Below are positions 34,505-44,824 of a stretch of 64,000 nucleotides of DNA, in pieces (position 1 is the stretch's first letter; each line of letters starts with the position of its first letter). Position numbers and translations under genes: made by a program. This stretch comes from Gammaproteobacteria bacterium (GTDB lineage: Bacteria > Pseudomonadota > Gammaproteobacteria > Eutrophobiales > Eutrophobiaceae). Where the stretch lies: NCBI GenBank assembly GCA_965222155.1, contig CBDCTH010000004.1, positions 558,151-622,150 on the forward strand, in the 5' to 3' direction. Below the pieces are notes generated by a model. It saw only the letters and a list, made by a program, of their open reading frames with translations. It was not told where the DNA came from and made no database searches.

Positions 34505-35053
34505 ATGAATAAACAATACACGATACACTTTTTGATCGCCGCCCTGTTGTTTTGCGGCGCCTGCTCAACCGTGCAACAGGCGCCTGTGGTCGACAGGCAG
34601 GAGACGGACACTGCTACGGAGGCCGCTACTGAGCCGGCCGACAGTGCGCCCGCGGGTGCGCAGGTGGAGGAGGATGATAGCGGGACCTGGAGCGCGTTGC
34701 CCGAGCCTGAAAACGCGTTGCCGCCGGCAACAGTCGATACGCCGGCAGCGCCGGCGCCGGGACGGATCAGCAACAACCCCGCCGTGATTGCTTTGTTGGA
34801 TGATACGGACCTCAGGCTCAGCCAGGGCAACGCTGAGGGCGCGCTAAGCGCCGTTGAACGAGCGTTGCGACTGGAGCCCAAGAACCCCTGGCTGTGGCGT
34901 CGCCTTGCGGTTTTGCGGTTACGCCAGGGACAATGGCGACAGGCTATTGCCCTGGCGGAAAAATCGAATTCCTTGTCGACCAGACACCCGGAGATACGAT
35001 CGGCCAATGCAGAATTGATAAAACGGGCAAGGGAGCAGGACACAGGCAGGTGA
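34505..35053 (+). CDS. TPR lipoprotein, LpoP-like PBP1B activator
   Basis: Lipobox CGAC, disordered linker, C-terminal TPR (ERALRLEP); directly after mrcB as in Pseudomonas. Confidence 0.72.
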   Translation: MNKQYTIHFLIAALLFCGACSTVQQAPVVDRQETDTATEAATEPADSAPAGAQVEEDDSGTWSALPEPENALPPATVDTPAAPAPGRISNNPAVIALLDDTDLRLSQGNAEGALSAVERALRLEPKNPWLWRRLAVLRLRQGQWRQAIALAEKSNSLSTRHPEIRSANAELIKRAREQDTGR

Positions 35054-35140
35054 TGGAGAACGGCACATCCATGTGCCACTACTATGTTTCGGGGGGACAT
35101 TCCCGGCAGCGCTGAGATCCCTGAATTAGTGATATTTGAC

Positions 35141-35169
35141 TTGAAAAAAATATCTGGGTGTTCTACCAT
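35141..35169 (+). promoter_or_regulatory. Putative sigma70 promoter of the tRNA-fMet-rimP-nusA operon
   Basis: TTGAAA-17 bp-TACCAT, 12 bp before the tRNA. Confidence 0.55.
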
Positions 35170-35181
35170 CCGTTATTCTAT

Positions 35182-35258
35182 TGCGGGGTGGAGCAGTCTG
35201 GCAGCTCGTCGGGCTCATAACCCGAAGGTCGCAGGTTCAAATCCTGCCCCCGCTACCA
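35182..35258 (+). tRNA. Initiator tRNA-fMet(CAT)
   Basis: Anticodon arm tcggg-ctCATaa-cccga with three G-C pairs, 1:72 mismatch, CCA; metY-like position. Confidence 0.96.
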
Positions 35259-35351
35259 GATGTTGAGGACAGAAGTATTGAGGATCAAAAAAGGGGGCCG
35301 AAACCGGTATTGTGACAACAGGTGATGATATCGGTCAGGTGGGTTTTTAAG

Positions 35352-35380
35352 AAGTGGGCTTAATGCCCACTTTTTGTTTT
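35352..35380 (+). terminator. Intrinsic terminator/attenuator upstream of rimP
   Basis: aagtgggc-ttaat-gcccactt followed by T tract. Confidence 0.7.
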
Positions 35381-35382
35381 AG

Positions 35383-35745
35383 CCCGGATTTCTCACCAGG
35401 TGATGCGATGATCGCGCCGGATTTTTTGTGTCAGCGGGTGCCGGAGCCTGCCCCGTACTTGATACGGGGACCGAAAGCATAGCCGTAGCTATGGTTGAGG
35501 GACAAATCGTCAGGACTGACGATTTGCACGGCGACAGCCGCCCGCAGGGTTGCGCCCAGAGCCTGCCCCTGTATGGAGTTGAGCAGGGGGATGGGCGCAA
35601 TGAACATGTACCCGCTGACACAAAAAAGACAAGCGAGGGCGCATCAAGCGCAGTCTGTAATGACGGAGTATTGAGAATATTACCATAACTTATTGACAGC
35701 AAACATGTTGCCGATAGCAACCAGCGACCTGGTGAGAAATCCGGG
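35383..35745 (+). mobile_element. Family A element, copy A3, with nested modules
   Basis: Terminal IR, identical TTAG flanks, inserts at 35444-35469 and ~35500-35601. Confidence 0.85.
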
Positions 35746-35789
35746 TTAGACCCCGGCAATCCCCGGTCGGATCCGGTCATGGTGAAAAC

Positions 35790-36248
35790 GTGTACAAACA
35801 AAGAGAGACCCTGGATGCGTTGTTAAAACCCGTGATTGTGGATTTGGGTTATGTGTGCTGGGGAATTGAACACTTGAGGAAGGGCAACGTTTCACTGCTG
35901 CGTATTTATATTGACAGAGAGCCCGGGATTACACTGGAAGATTGTGTAACAGTGAGCAACCGGGTATCCGGCATACTGGATGTTGAAGATCCAATCGCCG
36001 GTGAATACCAGCTGGAAGTTTCATCACCTGGTTTGGACCGGCTGTTATTTACCCCGACCCAGTATGAACAGTTTATTGGAGAGACGGTAAAAATCAACTT
36101 ATCCGGGACCTATGAACAGCGCAAACGCATTACAGGTCGTATAGAAAGAGTAACTGGAGAGACGGTTATCCTGAATGAGGCGGGCAAGGAATTCCATATT
36201 CCTCTGGATGAAATAGACAAGGCAAGAATAGTACCCCGGGAGTATTAA
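35790..36248 (+). CDS. rimP: Ribosome maturation factor RimP
   Basis: LRIYID, LEVSSPGLDR. Confidence 0.95.
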   Translation: MYKQRETLDALLKPVIVDLGYVCWGIEHLRKGNVSLLRIYIDREPGITLEDCVTVSNRVSGILDVEDPIAGEYQLEVSSPGLDRLLFTPTQYEQFIGETVKINLSGTYEQRKRITGRIERVTGETVILNEAGKEFHIPLDEIDKARIVPREY

Positions 36249-36260
36249 TGAGTTATTTCA

Positions 36261-37766
36261 ATGAATAAAGAAATTTTGATGGTAGTGGACGTGGTGTGCA
36301 ACGAAAAAGGCGTTGCCAAGGAGATCATATTCGAAGCCATTGAAGCTGCGTTGGCCAGTGCAACGAAAAAACGCTCGCGTGAAGATATCGAAGTGCGGGT
36401 CGCCATCGACCATGAAACAGGCGACTATGAAACGTTCAGGCAATGGGAGGTGGTTGAAGACAACCCGGAACCCCTGGAGTTTCCCACCCGCCAGATCCAG
36501 CTGTCTGACGCTACGGCAAAAGAAAATGACATAGAGGCCGAAGATTTTATCGAGGAACCCATGATGTCGGTCGAGTTCGGCAGGATCGCAGCGCAAAGCG
36601 CAAAACAGGTGATTATGCAGAAGGTACGCGAAGCTGAGCGTAAGCAGGTCTTTGATGCGTATATCGATCGGGTCGGCGAGATGGTCATCGGTTTTGTGAA
36701 AAAGGTGGAAAGGGGCAATGTCTTCCTGGATTTGGGCGGTAATGCCGAAGGGTTCATACCCAGAGATGAAATGATCCCGAGGGAAGCGGTCAGGCCACGG
36801 GATCAGATCCGGGCTTATTTACGTGAAGTGAAACCTGAAAACAGGGGACCGCAGTTATTTCTGAGCCGGACGGCTGCGGAGTTGCTGATTGAACTGTTCA
36901 AAATCGAGGTGCCTGAGATCAATGAAGGTCTGATCGAGATTATCAATGGCGCACGCGACCCGGGTTCCAGGGCAAAAATTGCGGTAAAAGCCAATGATCC
37001 CAGGATTGACCCGATTGGCGCCTGCGTCGGGATGAGAGGCTCAAGGGTACAGGCAGTTTCCAATGCGCTGGGTGGTGAGCGGGTCGATATCATACCCTGG
37101 GACGAGAATCCCGCACAATTTGTCATTAATGCCATGGCGCCGGCTGAGGTGGTATCAATACTGGTCGATGAGGACAGCCACAGCATGGACGTTGCAGTGT
37201 CCGAGGAGAACCTGTCGCAGGCGATTGGCCGAGGCGGCCAGAATGTCAAGCTTGCCAGTGAATTGACGCGCTGGGAACTGAATGTCATGTCGGTTGAGCA
37301 GGCGGATCAGAAGACTGAATCCGAGGCACAGGTGCTGCAGAAGATGTTTATGGAAGAGTTGGATGTGGATGAAGAAATCGCAGTCATCCTGGTACAGGAG
37401 GGATTTTCCAGTGTTGAAGAAATAGCGTATGTCCCCGAGAATGAGATGGTGGATATAGAAGAGTTTGATGAAGATTTGATAAGGGAACTGCGCGACCGCG
37501 CCCGGGATATCATGCTGACCCGCGCCATCGTCAACGAGGAAAAACTGGCGGACGTCAAGCCGGCAGACGACTTATTGGAGATGGAAGGTATGGATGAGGC
37601 ATTAGCTTATGAGCTGGCCGTGCGCGGCGTGGTCACCATGGAAGACCTGGCTGAAAAATCAGTAGATGAATTGGTTGAAATCGAGGGCCTGGATAAAGTC
37701 CGGGCAGGTCAACTGATTATGACCGCGCGTATTCCCTGGTTTGCAGCGGAAGAAATCAACGGTTAG
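36261..37766 (+). CDS. nusA: Transcription factor NusA
   Basis: MNKEIL, FGRIAAQ, DPIGACVG.RGSR, AIGRGGQN. Confidence 0.97.
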   Translation: MNKEILMVVDVVCNEKGVAKEIIFEAIEAALASATKKRSREDIEVRVAIDHETGDYETFRQWEVVEDNPEPLEFPTRQIQLSDATAKENDIEAEDFIEEPMMSVEFGRIAAQSAKQVIMQKVREAERKQVFDAYIDRVGEMVIGFVKKVERGNVFLDLGGNAEGFIPRDEMIPREAVRPRDQIRAYLREVKPENRGPQLFLSRTAAELLIELFKIEVPEINEGLIEIINGARDPGSRAKIAVKANDPRIDPIGACVGMRGSRVQAVSNALGGERVDIIPWDENPAQFVINAMAPAEVVSILVDEDSHSMDVAVSEENLSQAIGRGGQNVKLASELTRWELNVMSVEQADQKTESEAQVLQKMFMEELDVDEEIAVILVQEGFSSVEEIAYVPENEMVDIEEFDEDLIRELRDRARDIMLTRAIVNEEKLADVKPADDLLEMEGMDEALAYELAVRGVVTMEDLAEKSVDELVEIEGLDKVRAGQLIMTARIPWFAAEEING

Positions 37767-37773
37767 AGGATGG

Positions 37774-38012
37774 CTCGCATTTCTTGCCAGGTGATGCGAT
37801 GATTGCGCCGGATTTTTTCTGTCTGCGGGTGCCTGCGACCGAAAGCATAATGGTACTTATGGTTGAGGGAGCACGTGCCCGCAGACAGAAAAAAGACAAG
37901 CAAGGGCGCATCAAGCGCAGTCAGTAAGAGCGAGATAGTAAAGAATGTATATTAACTCATTGACAAAGAATGAATATCAGGCGGCATCCAGCGGCCTGGT
38001 AAGAAATGCGAG
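37774..38012 (+). mobile_element. Family A element, copy A4 (nusA-infB junction)
   Basis: ctcgcatttcttgccagg...cctggtaagaaatgcgag. Confidence 0.85.
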
Positions 38013-38018
38013 CTAAAT

Positions 38019-40574
38019 ATGCCTGAAGTAACGGTAAAACAGTATGCGGAGGTTATTCGGATTCCGGTAGAAAAGTTGCTTGAGCAACTTGAAGATGCCG
38101 GTCTGGCGGGCAAGACCGCGAATGACTGGATCTCGGATAATGAGAAGACGGAACTGCTGGGATACCTACGGCGCAAACATGGGAAGGAGAGTCAAGCCGG
38201 TCCGGAAAGAATAACCCTGAAAAGGAAAACCATGAGTGAGATCAAAATGCCGGCCTCCGGTGTGGGCAGCCGGAGCAAGATACGCTCGAAAACCATCAGC
38301 GTGGAAGTCAGAAAACGCCGAACCTACATCAAGCGCAGCGTAATAGAGGAGGAGGCCCTGAAAAGGACGCAGGAGGCCGAAGAGCAACAGGCAAAGGCTG
38401 AGGCGGAGGAACTGGCCCGTCAGGAGGCGGAGAAGGAAGCAGCCGCGAAACTGGAAGAACAGGCAGCAGCAGTCGAAAGTCCGCAACCGGCCGCTCCGGT
38501 GGAAACGAAATCCGGGCAAGCCGAGCAACCCGACATTGTCTCTGAACCGGAACCTGAGGAAGAAAGTATCAGGCATGACTTGCAGGACGGAGAGACGCCG
38601 CAACCCCTTGTGGAAGTAACAGAACAGCAGGCGGACGCCGCGCCTGAGGCGCCTGCAGACCCGCCGCCGGCGCAGGTCGAAAATGAAAAACCTGCCCGGA
38701 TTCAGCGTGAGGAATTACATGTATCTTCCGGTAAATCCGGCCGCAGAAAGAAAAAGCGAAGACCGAGGCAGGTAGTCAAAAGACCGGCGCAACACGCGTT
38801 TGAAAAGCCTACTGCGCCTATCGTCCGGGAAGTTGAGATACCGGAAAGTATCACAGTTTCCGAGTTGGCTCAGCGCATGTCAGTAAAGAGCACTGAGGTC
38901 ATCAAGGCGATGATGAACCTGGGTAGTATGGTCACCATCAACCAGATGATCGATCAGGAAACGGCTGCCATCGTTGCGGAGGAAATGGGCCATAAGGCTA
39001 AAATGCTCAAGGAAAACGCGCTGGAAGAAGAAATTATTCAGACGGGCCGTACCCAGGGGGATGAAATTACCCGCGCACCGGTAGTGACAATCATGGGCCA
39101 CGTTGACCATGGCAAAACATCATTGCTTGATTTTATCAGGCACAGCAAGGTTGCCGCGGGCGAAGCAGGAGGCGTGACCCAACACATCGGCGCCTATAGC
39201 GTCAAGACGGAAAACGGCAACATCACTTTCCTGGATACTCCCGGGCACGAGGCGTTTACAGCAATGCGTGCGCGCGGAGCCAAAGTGACGGATATTGTTA
39301 TCCTGGTGGTTGCTGCGGATGACGGCGTAATGCCGCAGACTGAAGAAGCTATCCGACATGCCCGGGCCGGTTCTGTTCCGCTGATTGTAGCGATAAATAA
39401 AACTGATAAACCCGAGGCCGATCCGGATCGCGTAAAACAGGAATTATCCAAATTCGAGGTGATTCCGGAAGAGTGGGGCGGCGATACCATGTTTGTTAAC
39501 CTCTCTGCAAAAACGGGTGAAGGGGTTGATAGTTTGCTCGACAGCATCTCGATACAGGCCGAAGTTCTGGAACTCAAAGCAGTGCCGAGCTGGCCTGCTT
39601 CAGGTACGGTCATTGAGGCAAGGTTGGACAAAGGGAGGGGTCCTGTTGCCACCGTGCTCGTACAAAATGGCGAGTTGCAGAGGGGTGATATGATCCTTAC
39701 CGGCCATGAATTTGGCAGGGTTCGCGCAATGCATGACCAAAACAGCGCTGAAGTGCCGGTGGCCGGGCCCTCTATCCCTGTGGAGGTCCTGGGCCTGTCA
39801 GGTACGCCCAAAGCCGGTGACGATATGATAGTCGTACCCGATGAACGCAAGGCCAGGGAAATAGCGCTGTTTCGCCAGGGCAAATACAGGGAAGTCAAGC
39901 TGGCAAAACAACAGGCATCCAAGGCAAAGGATGCGATCACACGGATGAATGACGCCGATGGCGTTGCGGTAAACGTACTTATCAAGGCAGACGTCCAGGG
40001 TTCGTCAGAAGCCTTGTCGGAAGCGCTGCAGAAACTATCCGGGGATGAAGTGTCGGTCAATATCATCAGCACCGGCGTCGGCGGAATAACTGAATCGGAC
40101 ATAAACCTGGCGTTGGCTTCAAACGGCAAGGTAATCGGGTTTAATGTCCGGGTGGACGGCGCGGCCAGAAAACTGGTTGATGAAGAAGGAGTGGACTTAC
40201 GTTACTACAGTGTCATCTATGATGTCATCGATGACGTGAAGGCGGCGATTAACGGTTTGTTAGCGCCGGAAGTGAGGGAGCAAATCGTCGGTATTGCGGA
40301 AGTAAAAGAGGTGTTCCGTTCTCCTGCTCTCGGAGAGATCGCCGGTTGTATCGTATCCAGCGGCCTGGTGCGCAAAGCCAATCCGATACGGGTGCTGCGG
40401 GACAATGTAGTTATCTATGAAGGGCAACTTGAGTCGTTAAGGCGTTTCAAGGATGACGTAAATGAGGTCAAATCCGGTACTGAGTGTGGCATTGGCGTGA
40501 AAAATTACAACGATGTAAAACCGGGCGACCAGATCGAAGTATTTGAACGGATCGAAATCGAACGTAATATTTAG
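38019..40574 (+). CDS. infB: Translation initiation factor IF-2
   Basis: [25 protein letters not shown]. Confidence 0.97.
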   Translation: MPEVTVKQYAEVIRIPVEKLLEQLEDAGLAGKTANDWISDNEKTELLGYLRRKHGKESQAGPERITLKRKTMSEIKMPASGVGSRSKIRSKTISVEVRKRRTYIKRSVIEEEALKRTQEAEEQQAKAEAEELARQEAEKEAAAKLEEQAAAVESPQPAAPVETKSGQAEQPDIVSEPEPEEESIRHDLQDGETPQPLVEVTEQQADAAPEAPADPPPAQVENEKPARIQREELHVSSGKSGRRKKKRRPRQVVKRPAQHAFEKPTAPIVREVEIPESITVSELAQRMSVKSTEVIKAMMNLGSMVTINQMIDQETAAIVAEEMGHKAKMLKENALEEEIIQTGRTQGDEITRAPVVTIMGHVDHGKTSLLDFIRHSKVAAGEAGGVTQHIGAYSVKTENGNITFLDTPGHEAFTAMRARGAKVTDIVILVVAADDGVMPQTEEAIRHARAGSVPLIVAINKTDKPEADPDRVKQELSKFEVIPEEWGGDTMFVNLSAKTGEGVDSLLDSISIQAEVLELKAVPSWPASGTVIEARLDKGRGPVATVLVQNGELQRGDMILTGHEFGRVRAMHDQNSAEVPVAGPSIPVEVLGLSGTPKAGDDMIVVPDERKAREIALFRQGKYREVKLAKQQASKAKDAITRMNDADGVAVNVLIKADVQGSSEALSEALQKLSGDEVSVNIISTGVGGITESDINLALASNGKVIGFNVRVDGAARKLVDEEGVDLRYYSVIYDVIDDVKAAINGLLAPEVREQIVGIAEVKEVFRSPALGEIAGCIVSSGLVRKANPIRVLRDNVVIYEGQLESLRRFKDDVNEVKSGTECGIGVKNYNDVKPGDQIEVFERIEIERNI

Positions 40575-40584
40575 TCAGTAACTG

Positions 40585-40944
40585 ATGGCGCGTGAATTTG
40601 GTCGGAATCAGCGCGTTGCGGACTCGCTGCAACGCGAAATCGCGTTATTGCTGCAAAAGGAGGTGTCGATCAAGGAAGTAGGATTGATTACGGTGTCGTT
40701 TGTTGACGTCAGCCCCGACCTCAAAAATGCCAGTATTTATTTTACCTGTCTGCAACCCGCCTGCACCGAGGATGTTATCGTGAAATTACTGAATGAAAGA
40801 GCCGGGCATTTCCGCTACCTGCTGGCGCAGGTCCTGCCGTTGCGGGCAGTACCGCAACTGGCCTTCCGCCTGGACCACGCCCTTAACCGTGCAAACCGAT
40901 TGACGGAACTCATAGATCGCGCCATTAAAAAGCCTGCGGAATAA
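40585..40944 (+). CDS. rbfA: Ribosome-binding factor A
   Basis: R.QRVAD, VSPDL, LRAVPQL.F..D; synteny. Confidence 0.92.
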   Translation: MAREFGRNQRVADSLQREIALLLQKEVSIKEVGLITVSFVDVSPDLKNASIYFTCLQPACTEDVIVKLLNERAGHFRYLLAQVLPLRAVPQLAFRLDHALNRANRLTELIDRAIKKPAE

Positions 40945-41164
40945 TTTCAGCCACAGAGGACACAGAGATCACAGAGATCACAGAGATCACAGAGTGGATC
41001 GAGAACCTTGTCAAGATACGGGTAACCTTTATATTTATCGTTATCTTAATGGCGCCATCGGGTATATCTTTAAAACGGGTCCTGTTAATCACCTGCCGCA
41101 ATCAAACGACACGAAGCCATTGAACCCTAATCTCTTTTATCTCTGTGTCCTGTGTGGCTGAAAT
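40944..41164. repeat. Family B inverted repeat, copy B6 (five 9-mers in left arm)
   Basis: atttcagccacagaggacacagagat(cacagagat)... / ctctgtgtcctgtgtggctgaaat. Confidence 0.85.
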
Positions 41165-41170
41165 AATATC

Positions 41171-42094
41171 ATGGCTCGAAGAAGCGAAGTAAAAGGCCGC
41201 AACGTCAAAGGAATACTGCTGCTGGATAAACCGGTGGGATTGACTTCCAATGCCGCGTTGCAAAAAGTGAAGTCCCTGTACCAGGCAAAAAAAGCGGGAC
41301 ATACCGGCAGCCTGGATAAAGCCGCGTCCGGCCTGTTGCCGTTATGCTTTGGCGAGGCAACGAAATTTTCAGGTTTTTTGCTTAATGCCGATAAGCATTA
41401 TCGCACAATTTTTCAGCTGGGCATTCAGACCAGCACCGGCGATGCAGAAGGCGAGGTCGTATATCGAGGCGCCCTGCAGAAATATACGCGTAAACGCATA
41501 GAGGCGGCTCTGGCAGGGTTTCAGGGTACTGTCCTGCAAGTCCCTCCCATGTTTTCAGCGCTGAAACATAAGGGACAGAGGCTGTATAAACTGGCTTATC
41601 AAGGGCTGGAGGTGGACAGAGAACCCCGGGAAATTACCGTGCACAGCATAACCCTTCTTGATTACCGGGACGACGAGTTGGAACTGGAGATATTGTGTTC
41701 CAAGGGGACTTATATCCGGACACTGGCTGAAGACATCGGCAAGGAACTGGGTTGTGGGGCGCACGTAAAATCACTGAGGCGTATCGGCGTCGGGCCTTAT
41801 TCTGATGAACACATGCTGGCCCTGCCTGAGTTGGAAAACATTGCTGAAACCGGGCTGTCCGGCCTGGATGCTGAATTGCTGGGTATTGATTCCGTCCTGC
41901 AGGATATGCCGTCCATCCACCTGGTCGACTCCGTTGCCTTTTATTTATGCCAGGGTCAGCCGGTCATGGTGCCGAAGGCGCCGACCCACGGAATGTTGCG
42001 GATTTACACCGAGGACAAGCGTTTTTTGGGGGTAGGCGAGGTGCTTGAGGATGGCCGCGTAGCGCCGAAACGACTGGTTGCATCCGAGAAATAA
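41171..42094 (+). CDS. truB: tRNA pseudouridine(55) synthase
   Basis: KAGHTGSLD, CSKGTYIR. Confidence 0.96.
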   Translation: MARRSEVKGRNVKGILLLDKPVGLTSNAALQKVKSLYQAKKAGHTGSLDKAASGLLPLCFGEATKFSGFLLNADKHYRTIFQLGIQTSTGDAEGEVVYRGALQKYTRKRIEAALAGFQGTVLQVPPMFSALKHKGQRLYKLAYQGLEVDREPREITVHSITLLDYRDDELELEILCSKGTYIRTLAEDIGKELGCGAHVKSLRRIGVGPYSDEHMLALPELENIAETGLSGLDAELLGIDSVLQDMPSIHLVDSVAFYLCQGQPVMVPKAPTHGMLRIYTEDKRFLGVGEVLEDGRVAPKRLVASEK

Positions 42095-42127
42095 TGCGCC
42101 ACACCCGTGGGTAATTATAGGACAGGT

Positions 42128-42212
42128 AATTATGGGGACACAATACTTAATTCATTTAGAGGGGTAAATCTGCCCCCTTTTCCGCAGAATTAAGTATTGT
42201 GTCCCCATAATT
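42128..42212. repeat. Family E (GGGGACA) 26-bp inverted repeat
   Basis: aattatggggacacaatacttaattc / gaattaagtattgtgtccccataatt, perfect. Confidence 0.8.
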
Positions 42213-42251
42213 CCTGTGCGCCAAACAAAATTTAATTTTTTAATGTTTTTC

Positions 42252-42280
42252 TTGTCAGTTGCTGTCAGCGTGGGTACAAT
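42252..42280 (+). promoter_or_regulatory. Putative sigma70 promoter of rpsO
   Basis: TTGTCA-17 bp-TACAAT with AT-rich upstream tract. Confidence 0.65.
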
Positions 42281-42322
42281 ACGCACGCTTTTTAAAAGAT
42301 CGGACAGGAGAATAGTATTTCA

Positions 42323-42592
42323 ATGCCTTTAAGTCAGCATCAGAAAGCTGATATCTTAAACAAGTATCAACGTGCATCAGGCGATACGGGGTCACCCGAG
42401 GTGCAGGTGGCGCTATTGACCGCACGTATTACTGATTTATCACAGCACTTTAAATTGCATTCCAAAGATCACCATTCACGCCAGGGTTTGTTGCGTATGG
42501 TTAATCAGCGCCGGAAACTGCTGGACTATTTAAAGAATAAAGATGTTAACCGGTATCGGGTACTGATTGGTCAATTAGAACTGAGAAAGTAA
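42323..42592 (+). CDS. rpsO: 30S ribosomal protein S15
   Basis: [19 protein letters not shown]. Confidence 0.98.
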   Translation: MPLSQHQKADILNKYQRASGDTGSPEVQVALLTARITDLSQHFKLHSKDHHSRQGLLRMVNQRRKLLDYLKNKDVNRYRVLIGQLELRK

Positions 42593-42712
42593 CTGTCCAG
42601 GCAATCTCCAATTTATCCGGCAGCTTGAGATGTCCACCGGTTGTCGGCATGCTCCAGTCCTTGCATAAGCAAGTCATTTCAAATATCAGCTACATAATAA
42701 TCGGGAAGAATA

Positions 42713-44797
42713 ATGAACGAGGTTAAAACAGAATTTCAGTTTGGGGATGTTCCGGTAGTCCTGGAGACAGGCAAGATTGCCAGACAGGCGAGCGGAGCAG
42801 TAATGGTGAGTATGGGGGATACGGTCGTGCTGGTAGCATGTGTTGCCAGTAAGGAAGCCAGGCCCGACCAGAGTTTTTTCCCTCTCACGGTGGATTACCA
42901 GGAAAAAACTTATGCAGCCGGGAAGATCCCCGGTGGTTTCTTCCGGCGCGAGGGGCGGCCGTCGGAAAAAGAGGTGCTCACATCAAGGCTGATCGACAGA
43001 CCGGTACGCCCCCTGTTTCCGAAACAATTTAAATGTGAAGTCCAGATTATCGCTACGGTCATGTCGCTGGACCCGGAGATTGACCCCGATATCCCTGCCC
43101 TGATCGGCGCATCGGCCGCGTTGGGGATTTCCGGAGTTCCATTTAACGGACCCATCGGCGCCGCCCGGGTCGGTTATCGTGACGGCGAGTACCTGCTTAA
43201 CCCCAGTTATGGCGCCCTGTCCCAATCGGAACTGAACCTGGTGGTGGCCGGTACGGAATCCTCCGTCCTGATGGTTGAATCCGAAGCCGGGCTGTTATCG
43301 GAAGAAGTCATGCTCGGCGCGGTGATGTACGGTCATGAACAGTTGCAGACAGTTATTGAAAATATCCGGCAACTGGTTGCTGACGCCGGAACCAAACCCT
43401 GGGACTGGCAACCGCTGGATGATGATACCGAGTTGGAAGACGAAGTAAGCGATATGTGCGCGGACCTGCTGCGCGAAGCCTATGCAATCCAGGACAAAAT
43501 CAGCCGGCGGGAACGGTTGACTGAAATACGGTCCGAGGCAATCACCACGATTACGGCAAAGTACGAAGACCGTTGGAGTGATCGGAACATCGGCGGGGCC
43601 GTTGAAGAATTGGAGAGCAGTATCGTCAGGGGTGCGATAGTTGCCGGAGAACCGCGCATCGACGGCAGGGATACTGCTACGGTAAGAGATATCAGCGTGG
43701 AAGTGGGCGTGTTGCCCAGGGCCCATGGTTCTGCCTTGTTTACCCGGGGTGAGACACAGGCCATCGTGACGGCTACCCTGGGCACTGACCGGGACGCACA
43801 GATCATCGATGCGATAGAAGGAGAGCACAAGGATCCGTTTATGCTGCATTATAACTTCCCGCCTTATTGTGTCGGTGAAACCGGACGGGCAGGGTCACCC
43901 AAACGGCGCGAAATCGGCCACGGCAGGCTGGCGAAACGCGCCTTGATGGCGGTCATGCCGAACCCGGATGAATTTCATTATGCCTTGCGCATTGTCTCCG
44001 AAATAACCGAATCGAACGGTTCCAGTTCCATGGCCTCGGTATGCGGCGCCAGCCTGTCATTGATGGATGCCGGTATCGAGATAAAGGCGCCGGTGGCTGG
44101 TATTGCCATGGGCCTGATAAAAGAAGGGGAAAAATTTGTAGTGCTGTCGGACATCATGGGCGATGAAGACCATCTTGGCGATATGGATTTCAAGGTGGCC
44201 GGCACCGAAGCTGGCATCAGCGCCTTGCAGATGGATATCAAGGTAGCGGGTATAACCAGGGAAATTATGGAGGTAGCATTGTCCCAGGCCAGGGAAGGGA
44301 GGCTGCACATTCTTGACAGGATGAATGCCGTGCTCGGTACGGCTCGCACAGAGATGTCCGAACATGCCCCGCGTATTACCACCATCAAGATTCATCCGGA
44401 CAAGATCAGGGACGTTATCGGCAAGGGCGGCGCCACGATACGCGCGATCACGGACGAAACAGGCGCGGCTATCGATATCGATGACAGCGGCACCATCAAG
44501 ATTTATTCCAGTGACAAGACAGCCAGCGATGCCGCGCGCAAACGGATTGAAGACATCACGGCTGATGTGGAAGTAGGAAAAATATACAAGGGCAGAGTAG
44601 CCAAGCTGATGGATTTCGGCGCGTTTGTCAATATCCTGCCGGGCAAGGATGGTCTGGTGCATATCTCGCAGATTTCAGAGGAGCGCGTGCAGAACGTCAG
44701 TGACAAGTTATCGGAAGGTGATTTCGTCAAGGTCAAGGTGCTTGAGATCGATCGGCAGGGCAGGGTCCGTCTCAGCATGAAAGCAGTCAATGAATAA
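42713..44797 (+). CDS. pnp: Polyribonucleotide nucleotidyltransferase
   Basis: [28 protein letters not shown] and S1 domains. Confidence 0.98.
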   Translation: MNEVKTEFQFGDVPVVLETGKIARQASGAVMVSMGDTVVLVACVASKEARPDQSFFPLTVDYQEKTYAAGKIPGGFFRREGRPSEKEVLTSRLIDRPVRPLFPKQFKCEVQIIATVMSLDPEIDPDIPALIGASAALGISGVPFNGPIGAARVGYRDGEYLLNPSYGALSQSELNLVVAGTESSVLMVESEAGLLSEEVMLGAVMYGHEQLQTVIENIRQLVADAGTKPWDWQPLDDDTELEDEVSDMCADLLREAYAIQDKISRRERLTEIRSEAITTITAKYEDRWSDRNIGGAVEELESSIVRGAIVAGEPRIDGRDTATVRDISVEVGVLPRAHGSALFTRGETQAIVTATLGTDRDAQIIDAIEGEHKDPFMLHYNFPPYCVGETGRAGSPKRREIGHGRLAKRALMAVMPNPDEFHYALRIVSEITESNGSSSMASVCGASLSLMDAGIEIKAPVAGIAMGLIKEGEKFVVLSDIMGDEDHLGDMDFKVAGTEAGISALQMDIKVAGITREIMEVALSQAREGRLHILDRMNAVLGTARTEMSEHAPRITTIKIHPDKIRDVIGKGGATIRAITDETGAAIDIDDSGTIKIYSSDKTASDAARKRIEDITADVEVGKIYKGRVAKLMDFGAFVNILPGKDGLVHISQISEERVQNVSDKLSEGDFVKVKVLEIDRQGRVRLSMKAVNE

Positions 44798-44824
44798 GGA
44801 GATGAAAAAAAACAGCCCCGGGGA

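Noticed and set aside
35182-35258. U1:U72 instead of C1:A72 in tRNA-fMet
   Set aside because: Still a 1:72 mismatch, the initiator determinant; an unremarkable variant.
29993-37990. TTGACA in family A as an outward-facing promoter
   Set aside because: No acceptable -10 at 16-18 bp in the copies checked (A2, A3, A4); an IHF-like site fits better.
39194-40129. Long antisense ORFs (311 aa opposite infB, and others opposite metA, mrcB, hldE)
   Set aside because: Shadow ORFs of well-conserved genes with no recognisable motifs.
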